Shown here: positions 28,407 through 38,645 of the stretch, piece by piece
Position numbering within the stretch: the first letter of the stretch is position 1
Layout: each line of letters starts with the position of its first letter
Assembly: GCA_963771465.1 (NCBI GenBank)
Contig: CAVYTU010000017.1
Location: forward strand, 256,001-320,000
Length of the DNA: 64,000 nucleotides
Origin: an uncultured delta proteobacterium
Lineage (GTDB): Bacteria > Desulfobacterota > Binatia > UBA9968
Direction: 5' to 3'
Translations under genes and position numbers: made by a program
Notes under the pieces: generated by a model
Databases searched by the model: none
Told to the model about the DNA's origin: nothing
What the model saw: only the letters and a program-made list of their open reading frames with translations

Positions 28407-29374
28407 TGAACAATCAACACGCTGAACTATTTCGTCGCCACAAACTTAATCCGATCTTGAGCGCTACGGATTGGCCCTATCCGGTCAATAGCATCTTCAA
28501 TCCCGGCGCAACACTATTGCCCGATGGAACTACGCTGTTGTTGTGCCGCGTCGAAGATCGCCGCGGCCATTCTCATTTAACCGTCGCTCGTTCCGACAAC
28601 GGCATGGACAACTGGCGGATCGAATCTCGGCCAACCCTGTTGGCCAACCCAGAAAACTTTCCGGAAGAGCTTTGGGGTATCGAAGATCCGCGGATTACGT
28701 ATGTCCCTGAATTGAGCAAGTTTGCCGTCGTCTATACCGCGTTCTCACGCGATGGCCCAGGCGTTTCTCTGGCGCTGACTGCGGATTTTCACAGCTTCGA
28801 GCGCTACGGCGTCATCATGTCGCCAGAAGATAAAGATGCCGCGTTACTTCCCCGTCGGATCGACGGGCAGTGGGCTTTGATCCATCGGCCCGTCAGCGCT
28901 CCGCGCGCGCATATGTGGATATCTTTTTCGCCCGACCTGCGCCACTGGGGCAATCACAAACTGATGCTGGAAGCGCGCCGCGGTGCGTGGTGGGACGCGA
29001 ATAAAATCGGCCTCTCGCCGCCGCCCATCGAAACCCCGCGCGGCTGGCTGGTAATTTACCACGGCGTGCGGCAAACCGCGGCCGGCTCGATCTACAGGCT
29101 CGGCCTGGCACTGTTCGCATTGGAAGCGCCGGAACGCTGCATAAGGCGGGGTGATGAGTGGATCTTCGGCCCGCAAGAAGTCTACGAGCAACGAGGCGAC
29201 GTGGACAACGTGGTTTTTCCTTGCGGCCACACGATTGCAGCCGATGGCGACACCATCAATATTTATTATGGCGCGGCGGATACCAGCATCGCGATGGCCA
29301 CGGGCAGTCTGCGCGCCATTCTCGATTGGCTCGAGTGTAATGGAGAAGAACCCGCGGAAACGATTAACGGATAA
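28403..29374 (+). CDS. Glycoside hydrolase family 130 (beta-mannoside phosphorylase/mannosidase-like)
   Basis: FNPGA, GIEDPRIT, EDKDAALLP, HRP, YHGV, NVVFPCG, YYGAAD. Overlaps the GT4 stop codon. Confidence 0.9.
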   Translation: MMNNQHAELFRRHKLNPILSATDWPYPVNSIFNPGATLLPDGTTLLLCRVEDRRGHSHLTVARSDNGMDNWRIESRPTLLANPENFPEELWGIEDPRITYVPELSKFAVVYTAFSRDGPGVSLALTADFHSFERYGVIMSPEDKDAALLPRRIDGQWALIHRPVSAPRAHMWISFSPDLRHWGNHKLMLEARRGAWWDANKIGLSPPPIETPRGWLVIYHGVRQTAAGSIYRLGLALFALEAPERCIRRGDEWIFGPQEVYEQRGDVDNVVFPCGHTIAADGDTINIYYGAADTSIAMATGSLRAILDWLECNGEEPAETING

Positions 29375-29384
29375 AGGAGCGATT

Positions 29385-29564
29385 ATGGCTAGTGAGACAT
29401 TTAAAAAACGGCAAAAAGAAACGGCGCGGAAAGAAAAAAAAATGCAAAAGTTAGCCCGCCGGCAGGAACGAAAGAATGAGAAAGTGCCGGGCGTAAACAG
29501 TTTAGACGAGGACATCATAAAGCTCGAGCAACAAGCCAATCAACCCGGACCAACGATCTCATGA
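29385..29564 (+). CDS. Basic small protein (59 aa)
   Basis: SD AAGGAG. MASETFKKRQKETARKEKKMQKLARRQERK..., a predicted charged helix. Confidence 0.65.
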   Translation: MASETFKKRQKETARKEKKMQKLARRQERKNEKVPGVNSLDEDIIKLEQQANQPGPTIS

Positions 29565-29628
29565 AACGTCAGTTCGCTTAGAAGTTTGGACTGGGTCGCA
29601 GCGCGCTTAACCAACTGAGGAGAATTGG

Positions 29629-30141
29629 ATGACATTGACCATTGGGGAAAAAATCATTCTTCCGAGTCACGGTCCCTGTGTGATCGATGCGGTGGTGAAC
29701 AAGCTGGTCGGCGGTATGTCGACGACGTTCTACCGTTTGGCGCCGCTCGAAGACAGTGGCGGAGAATTGTTTATCCCGGTAGACAAGATCACGAAACTGG
29801 GCATCCGACAGTTGCTACGACGATCCGAGATCCCGAAGCTGCTCAGCCGGCTGAACCGCGCAGCCAAATCAATCATCCTCCCGACCACGGCTCGAAACTG
29901 GAAACAGCGTGCCATCGATCATTCGAAACTTCTGGCCTCCGGTTCGGCGTTTGACCTCGCCGAGATCGTCGAGTCGCTTACCGAGCTAAACGAAGCGCGC
30001 GCGCTCGCACCTCATGACCGTCAGACTCTGGAGCGGGCGAAAAAACTCCTGGTCTGCGAAATCGCCGAAGTGCTGGGCGAGACAAAATCCGCGGTCGAAG
30101 AACGGATCGATAAAGCGTTGCAGGTGCGTCGAGCTGTCTAA
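29629..30141 (+). CDS. CarD/CdnL family transcription regulator
   Basis: IGEKIILPSHGPCVI (CarD RID, consensus GDxVVYPxHG), GIRQL, NWKQR, SGSAFDLAEIV. Confidence 0.85.
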   Translation: MTLTIGEKIILPSHGPCVIDAVVNKLVGGMSTTFYRLAPLEDSGGELFIPVDKITKLGIRQLLRRSEIPKLLSRLNRAAKSIILPTTARNWKQRAIDHSKLLASGSAFDLAEIVESLTELNEARALAPHDRQTLERAKKLLVCEIAEVLGETKSAVEERIDKALQVRRAV

Positions 30142-30395
30142 GAATCCGGCCCAGGCCGCGTCGACGCATGCTCAAGGGTGGTCAATTCGCCGTGAAAGTC
30201 GCCAGCGATCGTGATGAAAAAGCACGGCTGATAATGTTCAGCCCTGCGCAGCGAAACTTCGGCCGATGCTCTCGCGCTGGGCGAAGCGACGAAATGGATT
30301 AACAAAACTCGCGGAGGCGATGGACAAGCCATCCGGCCCACGGAAGAGTATAGCGCCATCGCCGCGAACTCAGGCAAACGACGAAAGTACCCAGG

Positions 30396-31079
30396 ATGAC
30401 GATTCAGCAGACGCCTCAAGCCGACCAGTTCAAAAGACAACTGCGTGACTCGCTGCAGCGCGAGACCGCGAACTCTCATGCCGTCAAGATTGCCAGACAT
30501 ACCAACGTCTACAGCTGCGGCGATCAAGACGAGATGGTTTACTTCGTCGAGAGTGGCCAGATCAAGCTGCTCATGCTCTCCGCCGAGGGTAAAGAGTGTC
30601 TGCTAGCCATCCATAGCGTCGGCGACATTTTCGGTGAGCTCTGTCTATCCGGGTTAGGCGCGCGTTTGGAAACCGCGACGGCGATGAAAGCGACGACTCT
30701 AAAACAAATACCTTGCAAACAGTTTTTTGCCCGTCTGAGCCGCGACTCCCTGTTTGAGGGTTTCGTGCGCTACCTGGCGGTGCGCATAGCAGATCAACAG
30801 CAAATCATCGCCAATCTCGTGACGGTCGACAGCGAGCAGCGGCTGGGACAGACGTTGCTGCAGTTGGCTCGCACCATGGGCAAGAAGGATCCGCGTAGCA
30901 TCCGTATCGAGCTCAAGATTACCCATGAAGAACTTTCCGAGATGGTCGGCACGACCCGGCCGAGGATCAGCCTGTTCATGCAGCGGTTCCATAACCTTGG
31001 GCTGATCGAGACCAACAAAGACCGCTTTCTCATCGTCAAAGAAAATAAGCTCACCGAATATCTAGCGCAGATCGCCTAG
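30396..31079 (+). CDS. Crp/Fnr family transcription regulator
   Basis: cNMP domain (YFVESGQIKL, GDIFGELCL) and HTH (ITHEELSEMVGTTRPRIS). Confidence 0.9.
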   Translation: MTIQQTPQADQFKRQLRDSLQRETANSHAVKIARHTNVYSCGDQDEMVYFVESGQIKLLMLSAEGKECLLAIHSVGDIFGELCLSGLGARLETATAMKATTLKQIPCKQFFARLSRDSLFEGFVRYLAVRIADQQQIIANLVTVDSEQRLGQTLLQLARTMGKKDPRSIRIELKITHEELSEMVGTTRPRISLFMQRFHNLGLIETNKDRFLIVKENKLTEYLAQIA

Positions 31080-31294
31080 CGGGGCCGTACAACTCGGCGA
31101 GTTGGGCTACTTTGATTGCGTCTAATATTGGACAGTAAAGGCTCATGCGCGACAGTATTATCGGCTGGATCACTGCAACATCGGCTTGTGAGCAATGCTC
31201 TTGTGACCGAGCGCGGAGGCCCGGTGGCGAGTCGAACTCCGGGCCGCAATGTGGCTTCGCCTTCTAGCGATTAGGCTTTACGAGGTGCGTAATA

Positions 31295-32326
31295 TTGAAT
31301 AATAAGGATTCCGCCAATTCGAATTCCTCCAGGCCCGCTTGGTATGGCATCACGGCCAAGTTCGGCCAGTCGCATCTCGGCAAATCGTTGTGGCAACTTT
31401 TAAATACGTTGGTTCCTTATTCCATCTTATGGGCGGCGATGGTTTATTTGGTTCAAGGTGGTTTTCCCTATTGGATTACACTGGGGTTGGCATTGGTGGC
31501 GGGAGGCGTATTGGTGCGCGTTTTCATCCTGTTCCACGATTGTTGCCATGGTTCCTTCTTTGTTTCGCGCCGAGCCAATTCGATTTTCGGCTTCGTCACC
31601 GGCGTGCTCACTTTCACGTCGTTTGAAGACTGGCGGCGCGCCCACAACTCTCATCATGCCACGGCGGCGGATTTGGACCGGCGCGGCTTGGGCGACGTGT
31701 GGACGATGACGGTGGAGGAGTATCTTGCGGCGCCGCGACGACGGCGCTTCACCTACCGGCTATATCGACATCCCGTTATCGTGCTCGGGCTGGGGTCGGC
31801 CGCGCTCTTTCTGATTCGCCATCGATTTCCCAGCAAAGGCGCGGGGCGACGGGAGCGCAGGAGCGTGTTTCACACCAACATGTCACTCTTGTTTATCGCA
31901 GCCATTGCGACCTGGACGATCGGTTTTTGGACTTATCTCTTGGTTCAGCTGCCGGTCATTTTGATTGCCGGCACTCTCGGATTGTGGCTGTTCTATTTGC
32001 AGCATCAATTTGAGGATGTGTATTGGATACGGCATGATGCTTGGGATCCGCTGAAAGTAGCGCTGGAAGGTAGCTCGTATTTCAAGTTGCCAAAAATACT
32101 CCAATGGTTCACGGGCAATGTTGGACTGCACCACGTGCATCACGTTCGCCCGAGTATTCCGAATTACAATTTGCAACGATGCCACGACGATATTCCGGTG
32201 TTTCAAACGGTCACGGTGATGACGCTGCGGACAAGTTTTAGGTCACTGCAGCTAGGTCTATGCGATGAAAAACGCAAAAAACTGGTGAGTTTCCGATCGT
32301 TGCAGACGCTGGGTGAAGGCCGTTGA
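31295..32326 (+). CDS. Fatty acid desaturase (Bacillus Des/DesA-like)
   Basis: His boxes HDCCH, HNSHH and HHVHH, plus QHQFE. Confidence 0.9.
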   Translation: MNNKDSANSNSSRPAWYGITAKFGQSHLGKSLWQLLNTLVPYSILWAAMVYLVQGGFPYWITLGLALVAGGVLVRVFILFHDCCHGSFFVSRRANSIFGFVTGVLTFTSFEDWRRAHNSHHATAADLDRRGLGDVWTMTVEEYLAAPRRRRFTYRLYRHPVIVLGLGSAALFLIRHRFPSKGAGRRERRSVFHTNMSLLFIAAIATWTIGFWTYLLVQLPVILIAGTLGLWLFYLQHQFEDVYWIRHDAWDPLKVALEGSSYFKLPKILQWFTGNVGLHHVHHVRPSIPNYNLQRCHDDIPVFQTVTVMTLRTSFRSLQLGLCDEKRKKLVSFRSLQTLGEGR

Positions 32327-32531
32327 CAGGAATCCCGCGTTGCGAATCCAATTCCTGACAGTTTTTTGTATCTCCTATCCTCGACTTGCTATCGCCACCC
32401 AATTCACCTAGTCTTGAAACACTTCACTCTAGTCGCAGGGTTCTCCTCGCGGTTACTTGAAATCCTTCAGGTAAGCCTTTGCTCTCAGCCCTTCTTGAAC
32501 GGCCGTCAATTACGGTTAAAGGAATACTATC

Positions 32532-32783
32532 TTGAGTTTGTTATTAGTTGTCGTTCTTCCCCTGGCGCTGACGATTGTCGGGGTCATGTTGTTAAACCGG
32601 TTAAACCACGTGCGCGATCAGCCTGAATATTCACGCGAAATCGATACCGATGATAAATTAGCTGCCGAGCGTGAAACGAATCATCACGATTCCCATCTTC
32701 AACGAGCGCGGATTTTGGAACGGCAAAGAAGCAGTTGCGATTTCGCTCTAGGCATGGACCAGGAGTTTCGAAGTCAATTATAA
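32532..32783 (+). CDS. Possible small membrane-anchored protein
   Basis: AAGGA SD, TTG start, N-terminal hydrophobic helix. No family recognised. Confidence 0.3.
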   Translation: MSLLLVVVLPLALTIVGVMLLNRLNHVRDQPEYSREIDTDDKLAAERETNHHDSHLQRARILERQRSSCDFALGMDQEFRSQL

Positions 32784-33046
32784 TCCGCAACGATTATCAT
32801 CGGCGATAAGGCCACCGAGCGTTCGATGAAAAGTATGATTTCATCCAAGAACTGTCTCATTCCCAGCGAATCGTTCGTGCTCGCGCAAAGTAACGGCAGG
32901 ATTCCCCGATAAATTAGGCCTTGTTTCCCCTAGATCGGTTCGGCCGGAACTCGACGCGGCACGCGTGTTTCTTTGGAAAAGTGTCTAGTATTGAACGGCG
33001 TTTTTTCACAACGGAGAGTAAACTCCAACTCAAAGGGAGACCGACT

Positions 33047-33718
33047 ATGACCTTGGTACTGTTGCTCCTATTAGTGCTTTACGTGATGGTATGTTTGCCG
33101 CGCTGGGGTTATCACTCGGACTGCTATAATGCTGCGAGAGTTGGCGCTGTGGGACTTCTGATCAGCGTCATCTGGTTACCCACTTTCGCGATCGCTGCCG
33201 GTCCGACTGACCAGGTGCGGGCTACGGTGGACAAGGTGCTGGTGATGGTCAAAAATCCCGACCTAAAATCGCCAGCGCAAAAGAAAGATCTCCAAGCCCG
33301 GCTGGTCGAAGTGATCTATCCCAGGTTCGACTTTGCCGAAATGGCCAAGCGCACGCTGGGACCGCATTGGAGCCGCCGCACGGCCGAGGAACAACGTGAG
33401 TTCGTAAGTATTTTTGCCGCGCTGCTGGGCAGATCCTATTCCGACAAGATCGAATCCTATCGCAGTCAAAACGTCCTCTACACCCGCGAGGTCGAGGATA
33501 AGAACTACGCGGAAGTCGATACTACGATCGTCTCGGAGAAGCAGGAGAGAGTGTCGGTCAATTACAAACTGCACAGCGTCGACAAGGAGTGGCGCGTCTA
33601 CGATCTGGTGATCGAGGATATCAGCATGATCAACAATTACCGATCGCAGTTTAATCGCGTCATCGCGCGTTCCTCTTTCGAGGAACTGGTGCGCGTGTTG
33701 AAAGAAAAGCAGCTGTAG
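33047..33718 (+). CDS. MlaC/Ttg2D phospholipid-binding protein with a DUF3309-like N-terminal extension
   Basis: FDFAEMAKRTLG, WRVYDLVIEDISMINNYRSQF. N-terminus LLLLVLYVMVCLPRWGYHS. Confidence 0.85.
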   Translation: MTLVLLLLLVLYVMVCLPRWGYHSDCYNAARVGAVGLLISVIWLPTFAIAAGPTDQVRATVDKVLVMVKNPDLKSPAQKKDLQARLVEVIYPRFDFAEMAKRTLGPHWSRRTAEEQREFVSIFAALLGRSYSDKIESYRSQNVLYTREVEDKNYAEVDTTIVSEKQERVSVNYKLHSVDKEWRVYDLVIEDISMINNYRSQFNRVIARSSFEELVRVLKEKQL

Positions 33719-33799
33719 AATTGCCGAAGCCGGCAGTTAAATTCCCAAGCATTGTGGCTTTATCAGATTTATTTACCGGCATGGAAAGCTTGGTTACAT

Positions 33800-35896
33800 A
33801 TGAAATTACCGTTTCATAGTTTCGCCAGTCGAATTACTTCGGTATCCGACCGCCATTTCGCCGAAAGCCCGGTAGAAACCGGGCCGCGTAAGAGCGTTGC
33901 CGAATTTATCGCCGGTATCCGTACGCGTTACGCCGAGCAAAAGAAAAATGGCGCACCTAATGAGAAAAAATTCCGGCCGGCGACGATCTGGTATTTTCTC
34001 GCGATTATTTCTCTCGTCTTCTTAGTGCAAAATCTACTCGGCAGTCGGCATGTCGAAATCATCAGTTATAGCCAGTTCAAATCCCTGGTCAAAAAGGACT
34101 TGATCAACGATCTGGTCATTCGTGAAACCACCGTCGATGGCAATTTAAAGGGAGCGGCGGTTAAGGAAATCTTTAGCCCGGAGAAACTAAAGGATATAGC
34201 GGCGGAGGTGATCGCCGGCAAAAAACTTTTTCCTTTCGTAACGGTAAGAGTGGAAGATCCGGGCCTGACGGCCGAACTTGAAGCGGCGAAAGTACCGTTT
34301 AAAGGGGAAGTGACCAACAATTGGCTACCGACCCTTTTGTCCTGGGTGGTTCCGGTTGTGCTGTTTTTTCTGATGTGGAGTTATCTTGGCAGGAAGATGG
34401 GGTCGGCGAGCGGTGGTTTGATGCAGATCGGCAAGAGCAAAGCAAAAGTCTATATCGAGAAAAAAACCGGCGTTACCTTTGCCGACGTTGCTGGCATCGA
34501 CGAAGCCGAAGAAGAAGTCGCTGAAGTCGTCGGATTCCTCAAAGATCCGGCAAAGTATCAAAGATTGGGCGGTCGTATTCCCAAGGGTGTTTTGATCGTC
34601 GGACCGCCGGGTACGGGAAAAACTCTGCTCGCCCGCGCGGTGGCCGGCGAGGCCGGCGTGCCATTCTTCAGCCTGACCGGTTCCGACTTTGTCGAGATGT
34701 TTGTCGGTGTCGGCGCGGCACGGGTCAGGGATCTGTTTATGCAAGCGGTGAAGAATGCGCCGAGCATTATTTTCATCGATGAGCTCGATGCCATCGGCAA
34801 GGCCAGGGGAGTGAGCATACTCACGGGCAACGACGAGCGCGAACAAACCCTCAATCAACTCTTGGCTGAGATGGATGGCTTTGATCCGAACCAAGGAGTC
34901 ATCATCATGGCTGCCACCAACCGGCCGGAAATCCTCGACGCCGCACTGCTCCGTCCGGGCCGCTTCGACCGGCAGATCCTCGTCGACCGACCCGACATCA
35001 AAGGACGGACAAAGATTCTCGAATTGCATGCCAAGAAGGTTACGCTTTCCGCTGATCTCGACCTTGCCGTTGTGGCCGCTAAGACGCCGGGCTTCGTCGG
35101 CGCCGATCTCGCCAACATCGTCAACGAAGCGGCGTTGTTGGCGGCGCGCCAGGACAAGGAGTCGATTGAGATGGCAGAATTTGACGAGGCGATCGAACGG
35201 GTGGTCGCGGGATTACAAAAGAAAAGCCACGTCATCAATCCGAAGGAAAAGAAAATTGTCGCCTACCACGAATCCGGTCACGCGTTGGTGGCGGAGCTCG
35301 TGCCTGGTGCCGATGCGGTTTCCAAGATTTCCATCATACCGAGAGGCGTAGCGGCCTTGGGTTACACAAGTCAGCTGCCCACTGAGGACCGCTATCTCAT
35401 GACCCGTTCTGAGTTGCTCGGGCGCATCGATGTCCTTTTGGGCGGCCGAGTCGCCGAGGAAATCGTCTTCGGCGATGTCTCGACCGGGGCGCAGAACGAC
35501 TTGCAGCGAGCCACCGAGATTGCCAGAACCATGGTCACCCAATTCGGCATGAGTGAAAAACTCGGCCTCGCGTCTCTCGAAGGACCGCGCCATGCCACGT
35601 TCTTGATGGTGCCCACTCAGAGTCCCAAGGAGTACAGCGAGGAAACCGCCCGGCTCATCGATGAAGAGGTAAAACGAATATTGTCAGACGCTCATACCAA
35701 AGCTCGGGATATCCTGGTCGCGCACCGCTCGGCGCTGGAGGAATTGGCAAAGCTGCTGCTGGAAAAGGAAGTGGTTGAGCGGCCGGCGCTGCAGGCGATT
35801 TTAAAAGTGCGGAGCATCGACAGTTTGAAAGACAAAAAGCGCGCCGCCGACTCGTCCGGCAGCGAAAGCAATCAGACCAAGGTCGAGCGGGAATAG
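33800..35896 (+). CDS. ftsH: ATP-dependent zinc metalloprotease FtsH
   Basis: Two TM segments, [40 protein letters not shown]. Start uncertain. Confidence 0.95.
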   Translation: MKLPFHSFASRITSVSDRHFAESPVETGPRKSVAEFIAGIRTRYAEQKKNGAPNEKKFRPATIWYFLAIISLVFLVQNLLGSRHVEIISYSQFKSLVKKDLINDLVIRETTVDGNLKGAAVKEIFSPEKLKDIAAEVIAGKKLFPFVTVRVEDPGLTAELEAAKVPFKGEVTNNWLPTLLSWVVPVVLFFLMWSYLGRKMGSASGGLMQIGKSKAKVYIEKKTGVTFADVAGIDEAEEEVAEVVGFLKDPAKYQRLGGRIPKGVLIVGPPGTGKTLLARAVAGEAGVPFFSLTGSDFVEMFVGVGAARVRDLFMQAVKNAPSIIFIDELDAIGKARGVSILTGNDEREQTLNQLLAEMDGFDPNQGVIIMAATNRPEILDAALLRPGRFDRQILVDRPDIKGRTKILELHAKKVTLSADLDLAVVAAKTPGFVGADLANIVNEAALLAARQDKESIEMAEFDEAIERVVAGLQKKSHVINPKEKKIVAYHESGHALVAELVPGADAVSKISIIPRGVAALGYTSQLPTEDRYLMTRSELLGRIDVLLGGRVAEEIVFGDVSTGAQNDLQRATEIARTMVTQFGMSEKLGLASLEGPRHATFLMVPTQSPKEYSEETARLIDEEVKRILSDAHTKARDILVAHRSALEELAKLLLEKEVVERPALQAILKVRSIDSLKDKKRAADSSGSESNQTKVERE

Positions 35897-35988
35897 CTAT
35901 TTGTGGAAAATGAAAATCGATGATCTAAATCAGCGGAAAAGCGGGGCGCCATTGCCAAACAGATATAAGTCGAGGGATCGGAGCTAAA

Positions 35989-36144
35989 ATGTTGTGGTTT
36001 ATTTTGGCATTGCTGGTAATCACCGGTTTGACGGGATTTTTTGGCTCGCACACGCTGGTTAGCGGGGTCATCCAAATATTTGTGATATGCGCTTTGGTGG
36101 CGCTCGGGATCAAGCGTATCTGGCGGATTAAAGATGAATACTAA
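35989..36144 (+). CDS. Small membrane protein (51 aa, lmo0937/DUF5670-like; not in the ORF track)
   Basis: GGAG SD, then MLWFILALLVITGLTGFFGSHTLVSGVIQIFVICALVALGIKRIWRIKDEY*. Confidence 0.6.
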   Translation: MLWFILALLVITGLTGFFGSHTLVSGVIQIFVICALVALGIKRIWRIKDEY

Positions 36145-36364
36145 ATCGCTAATCCAATTCGGCATAGCCCTGATTTTTCTTGCTCTCGCGGCGTTCATTT
36201 ACTCAGGTGTTAGCCTCACCAGCCGCGAGAAGCTTCTCGAATATGGACCCATGCAGGCGATCGCTGAGATCAATACGGTAGTGCCTTGGTCACCACTTGT
36301 GGGCGGATTGGTGTTGGTGGGAGGGATTGTATTGGTTGTGGTTGGCGTTAAGAATTCTTCGTAG
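36134..36364 (+). CDS. Small two-TM membrane protein (DUF3185-like)
   Basis: GIALIFLAL...TSREKLLEYGPMQA...PLVGGLVLVGGIVLVV. Confidence 0.7.
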   Translation: MNTKSLIQFGIALIFLALAAFIYSGVSLTSREKLLEYGPMQAIAEINTVVPWSPLVGGLVLVGGIVLVVVGVKNSS

Positions 36365-36473
36365 CGGGCGTGGTCGTTTGCCCAGCGCGGGCCGGAGTTG
36401 TGCTACATTGGGATCGCTGGAAGTCGTCGGCATAGGCGAAAATCGCACGCGTATCTGCCACGTGAAAATACCC

Positions 36474-38153
36474 ATGGCGGAAACAAGCATGAATCTCGTC
36501 CCTTCATTTCTCAATTACGTTCCAGTTTCGTTGGAATTTGGCACCAGCGGGTTACGCGGTTTAGTTGCCGATATCACTGACCTCGAAGCCTACATCAATG
36601 TCAAAGGCGCACTCAGTTATTTGTCGAGCAGCGGCGATATTCATTCCGCCAGCACGGTGGTTATCGCCGGCGACTTGAGGCCGAGTACTGACCGGATCAT
36701 GGGCGCTTGCGCCCGGGCGATTGTCGATTCGGGTTGTCGGGTCGAAAACGCCGGCAAGATCCCGACGCCGGCGCTCGTCGCGCATGCGATCGCCAATGGA
36801 CGCGCCGGCGTGATGGTAACCGGTAGCCATATTCCCTTTGACCGTAACGGCATCAAGCTCAACAAAAGCGCCGGCGAAGTTTTGAAGTCGGACGAAGCAG
36901 CGATTATCCGCGCCGTCCAGCGCGTGCGCGCTGAAGAATACAGCAGGAGCGCGGCCGCATCGGCATTCGATGCATTCGGGATGTTCAAGCAAACGGCGGA
37001 TTTGCCGCCGCTCGATGGCGCTGCTGAAGATGCCTATGTACGGCGATATCTGCAAAGCTTTACCCGCGGTGGGCTCGCCGGTATGAGGATTCTGGCTTAT
37101 CAGCATTCGGCGGTGGGGCGCGATTTATTGCCGCGTATCTTGCGCGAGTTGGGCGCTTTCGTGGTAACCGCCGGACGGAGCGAAACTTTCATTCCCATCG
37201 ATACCGAGAATATTACCGACGAGCAGTTGGACCGATTGGAAGCCTTAGCGGTCAGCGCTGAAACTACGGACGGACCGCTCGACGCGATTGTTTCCACCGA
37301 CGGCGACTCCGATCGGCCGTTGGTTGCCGCCGTGCTACCCGCCGCTGCGGTCCAGTCAGGTGGCCGCCGCGTGCGCTTCCTGCCTGGCGATCTGCTCGGC
37401 ATCGTCGTCGCCGAGTATCTCGGCGCGGATGGCGCCGCGGTGCCCATCAGCGCCAACGATGCCGTCGAGCGACGCATGAGTGAGCGCAAAGTTTTGCTGG
37501 AAAAGACCAAGATCGGCTCGCCCTACGTGATCTCGGCTCTCGATGAGTTGCGCGGCAAAAACGTGGCGCAGCGTATCGTCGGTTGGGAAGCCAACGGCGG
37601 CTTCTTGACCGGCAGCGACATCGCGCTAAATGCCGGTACGCTAGCGGCGCTGCCGACGCGGGATGCGATGCTGCCGATCTTGGCAAACCTTTTTGCTGCC
37701 GCCGAGCAGACCATTTCCTTGTCGACCTTGTGGGATCGCTTGCCCGCGCGATTTGGCCGGGCCGGCTTACTCGACAATTTTCCCACCACGGCGAGCCGGG
37801 CCATTCTCGCTCAACTGACTCCCAATGAGGACGTAATCGAAGTTGAGTTCGATAGCGCGGAGCTTGGCGTTGTTCGCAATCACGGACAACGCTGCCAAGC
37901 GGCGTTAATGCGTTTCTTCACGCCAGCCCTCGGTTTCGATGACATCGTGCGAATCAATGTACTTGACGGCGTGCGGGTTTATTTTCGTAACGGCGACGTC
38001 GCCCATATCCGGCCGTCGGGGAACGCGCCGCAGCTGCGCATCTATGCCGTCGGCGATTCTCAAGCGCGTGCCGATAACATCGTCGAATGTGCCGTGCGCG
38101 AGCCGGACGGCATCCTGCGTCAGTTGGAACGATCGTTGACGGGAAGTTTGTAA
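36474..38153 (+). CDS. Phosphomannomutase/phosphoglucomutase family
   Basis: FGTSGLRG, TGSHIP (phospho-Ser), DGDSDRP metal loop, GWEANGG, HIRPSGNAP. Confidence 0.92.
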   Translation: MAETSMNLVPSFLNYVPVSLEFGTSGLRGLVADITDLEAYINVKGALSYLSSSGDIHSASTVVIAGDLRPSTDRIMGACARAIVDSGCRVENAGKIPTPALVAHAIANGRAGVMVTGSHIPFDRNGIKLNKSAGEVLKSDEAAIIRAVQRVRAEEYSRSAAASAFDAFGMFKQTADLPPLDGAAEDAYVRRYLQSFTRGGLAGMRILAYQHSAVGRDLLPRILRELGAFVVTAGRSETFIPIDTENITDEQLDRLEALAVSAETTDGPLDAIVSTDGDSDRPLVAAVLPAAAVQSGGRRVRFLPGDLLGIVVAEYLGADGAAVPISANDAVERRMSERKVLLEKTKIGSPYVISALDELRGKNVAQRIVGWEANGGFLTGSDIALNAGTLAALPTRDAMLPILANLFAAAEQTISLSTLWDRLPARFGRAGLLDNFPTTASRAILAQLTPNEDVIEVEFDSAELGVVRNHGQRCQAALMRFFTPALGFDDIVRINVLDGVRVYFRNGDVAHIRPSGNAPQLRIYAVGDSQARADNIVECAVREPDGILRQLERSLTGSL

Positions 38154-38253
38154 AAGATTCTTGGCATAGGGTTTCACTTCACGGTTACTTGTAATGCTTC
38201 AAGTAAGCCTCCGATGCTTAAACCCTCTAACCGATTCAATCCAGGAGGTTGAA

Positions 38254-38574
38254 ATGTACAGTCGCAACGTCAGTTTCAAACTTAAGTCGAAGTGCAGCGC
38301 GGAGTTTACCAGCATTCTCGAGGGGCAGATTATTCCCTTGCTGCGCCGGCAGAAAGGCTTTGAGGACGAGATCAGTTTTATCGCGCCGGAACGTAACGTG
38401 GCGGTGGCGATCAGTCTTTGGGAGAAGAAGGATGACGCCGAGGCGTATGGCCGAAAGACCTATCCTGAGATCTTGAAGTCTTTATCCAGCGTTATCGAAG
38501 GCACTCCCGTCGTGGAATCGTTTGAGGTCTCGAACTCGACCTCGCACCAGATCGCGGCGAGCGCGGTAAGCTAG
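38254..38574 (+). CDS. Hypothetical dimeric alpha+beta barrel (ABM-like) protein
   Basis: SD GGAGG. PLLRRQKGF, AISLWE and PVVESFEV pattern. Confidence 0.7.
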   Translation: MYSRNVSFKLKSKCSAEFTSILEGQIIPLLRRQKGFEDEISFIAPERNVAVAISLWEKKDDAEAYGRKTYPEILKSLSSVIEGTPVVESFEVSNSTSHQIAASAVS

Positions 38575-38603
38575 TCAAGCCTTGCGGCTCGGAAAGTGCG
38601 ATA

Positions 38604-38645
38604 TCCCCGTCTCCGGATTGGCGTAACCCTATGCCGGAGCGGGGA
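38604..38645 (+). terminator. GC-rich hairpin at the end of the island-like block
   Basis: TCCCCG-T-CTCCGG ... CCGGAG-CGGGGA. No U-tract. Confidence 0.35.

Noticed and set aside
30266-30448. 60-aa ORF between CarD and Crp/Fnr
   Set aside because: No SD or ATG, low-complexity product, and it overlaps the Crp/Fnr start.
31218-31248. GGCCCGG/CCGGGCC hairpin upstream of the desaturase as an RNA thermometer
   Set aside because: A single stem that does not cover the SD; insufficient evidence.
38161-38178. Sigma54 promoter (TTGGCAT...)
   Set aside because: The -12 element reads TTTCA rather than TTGC.
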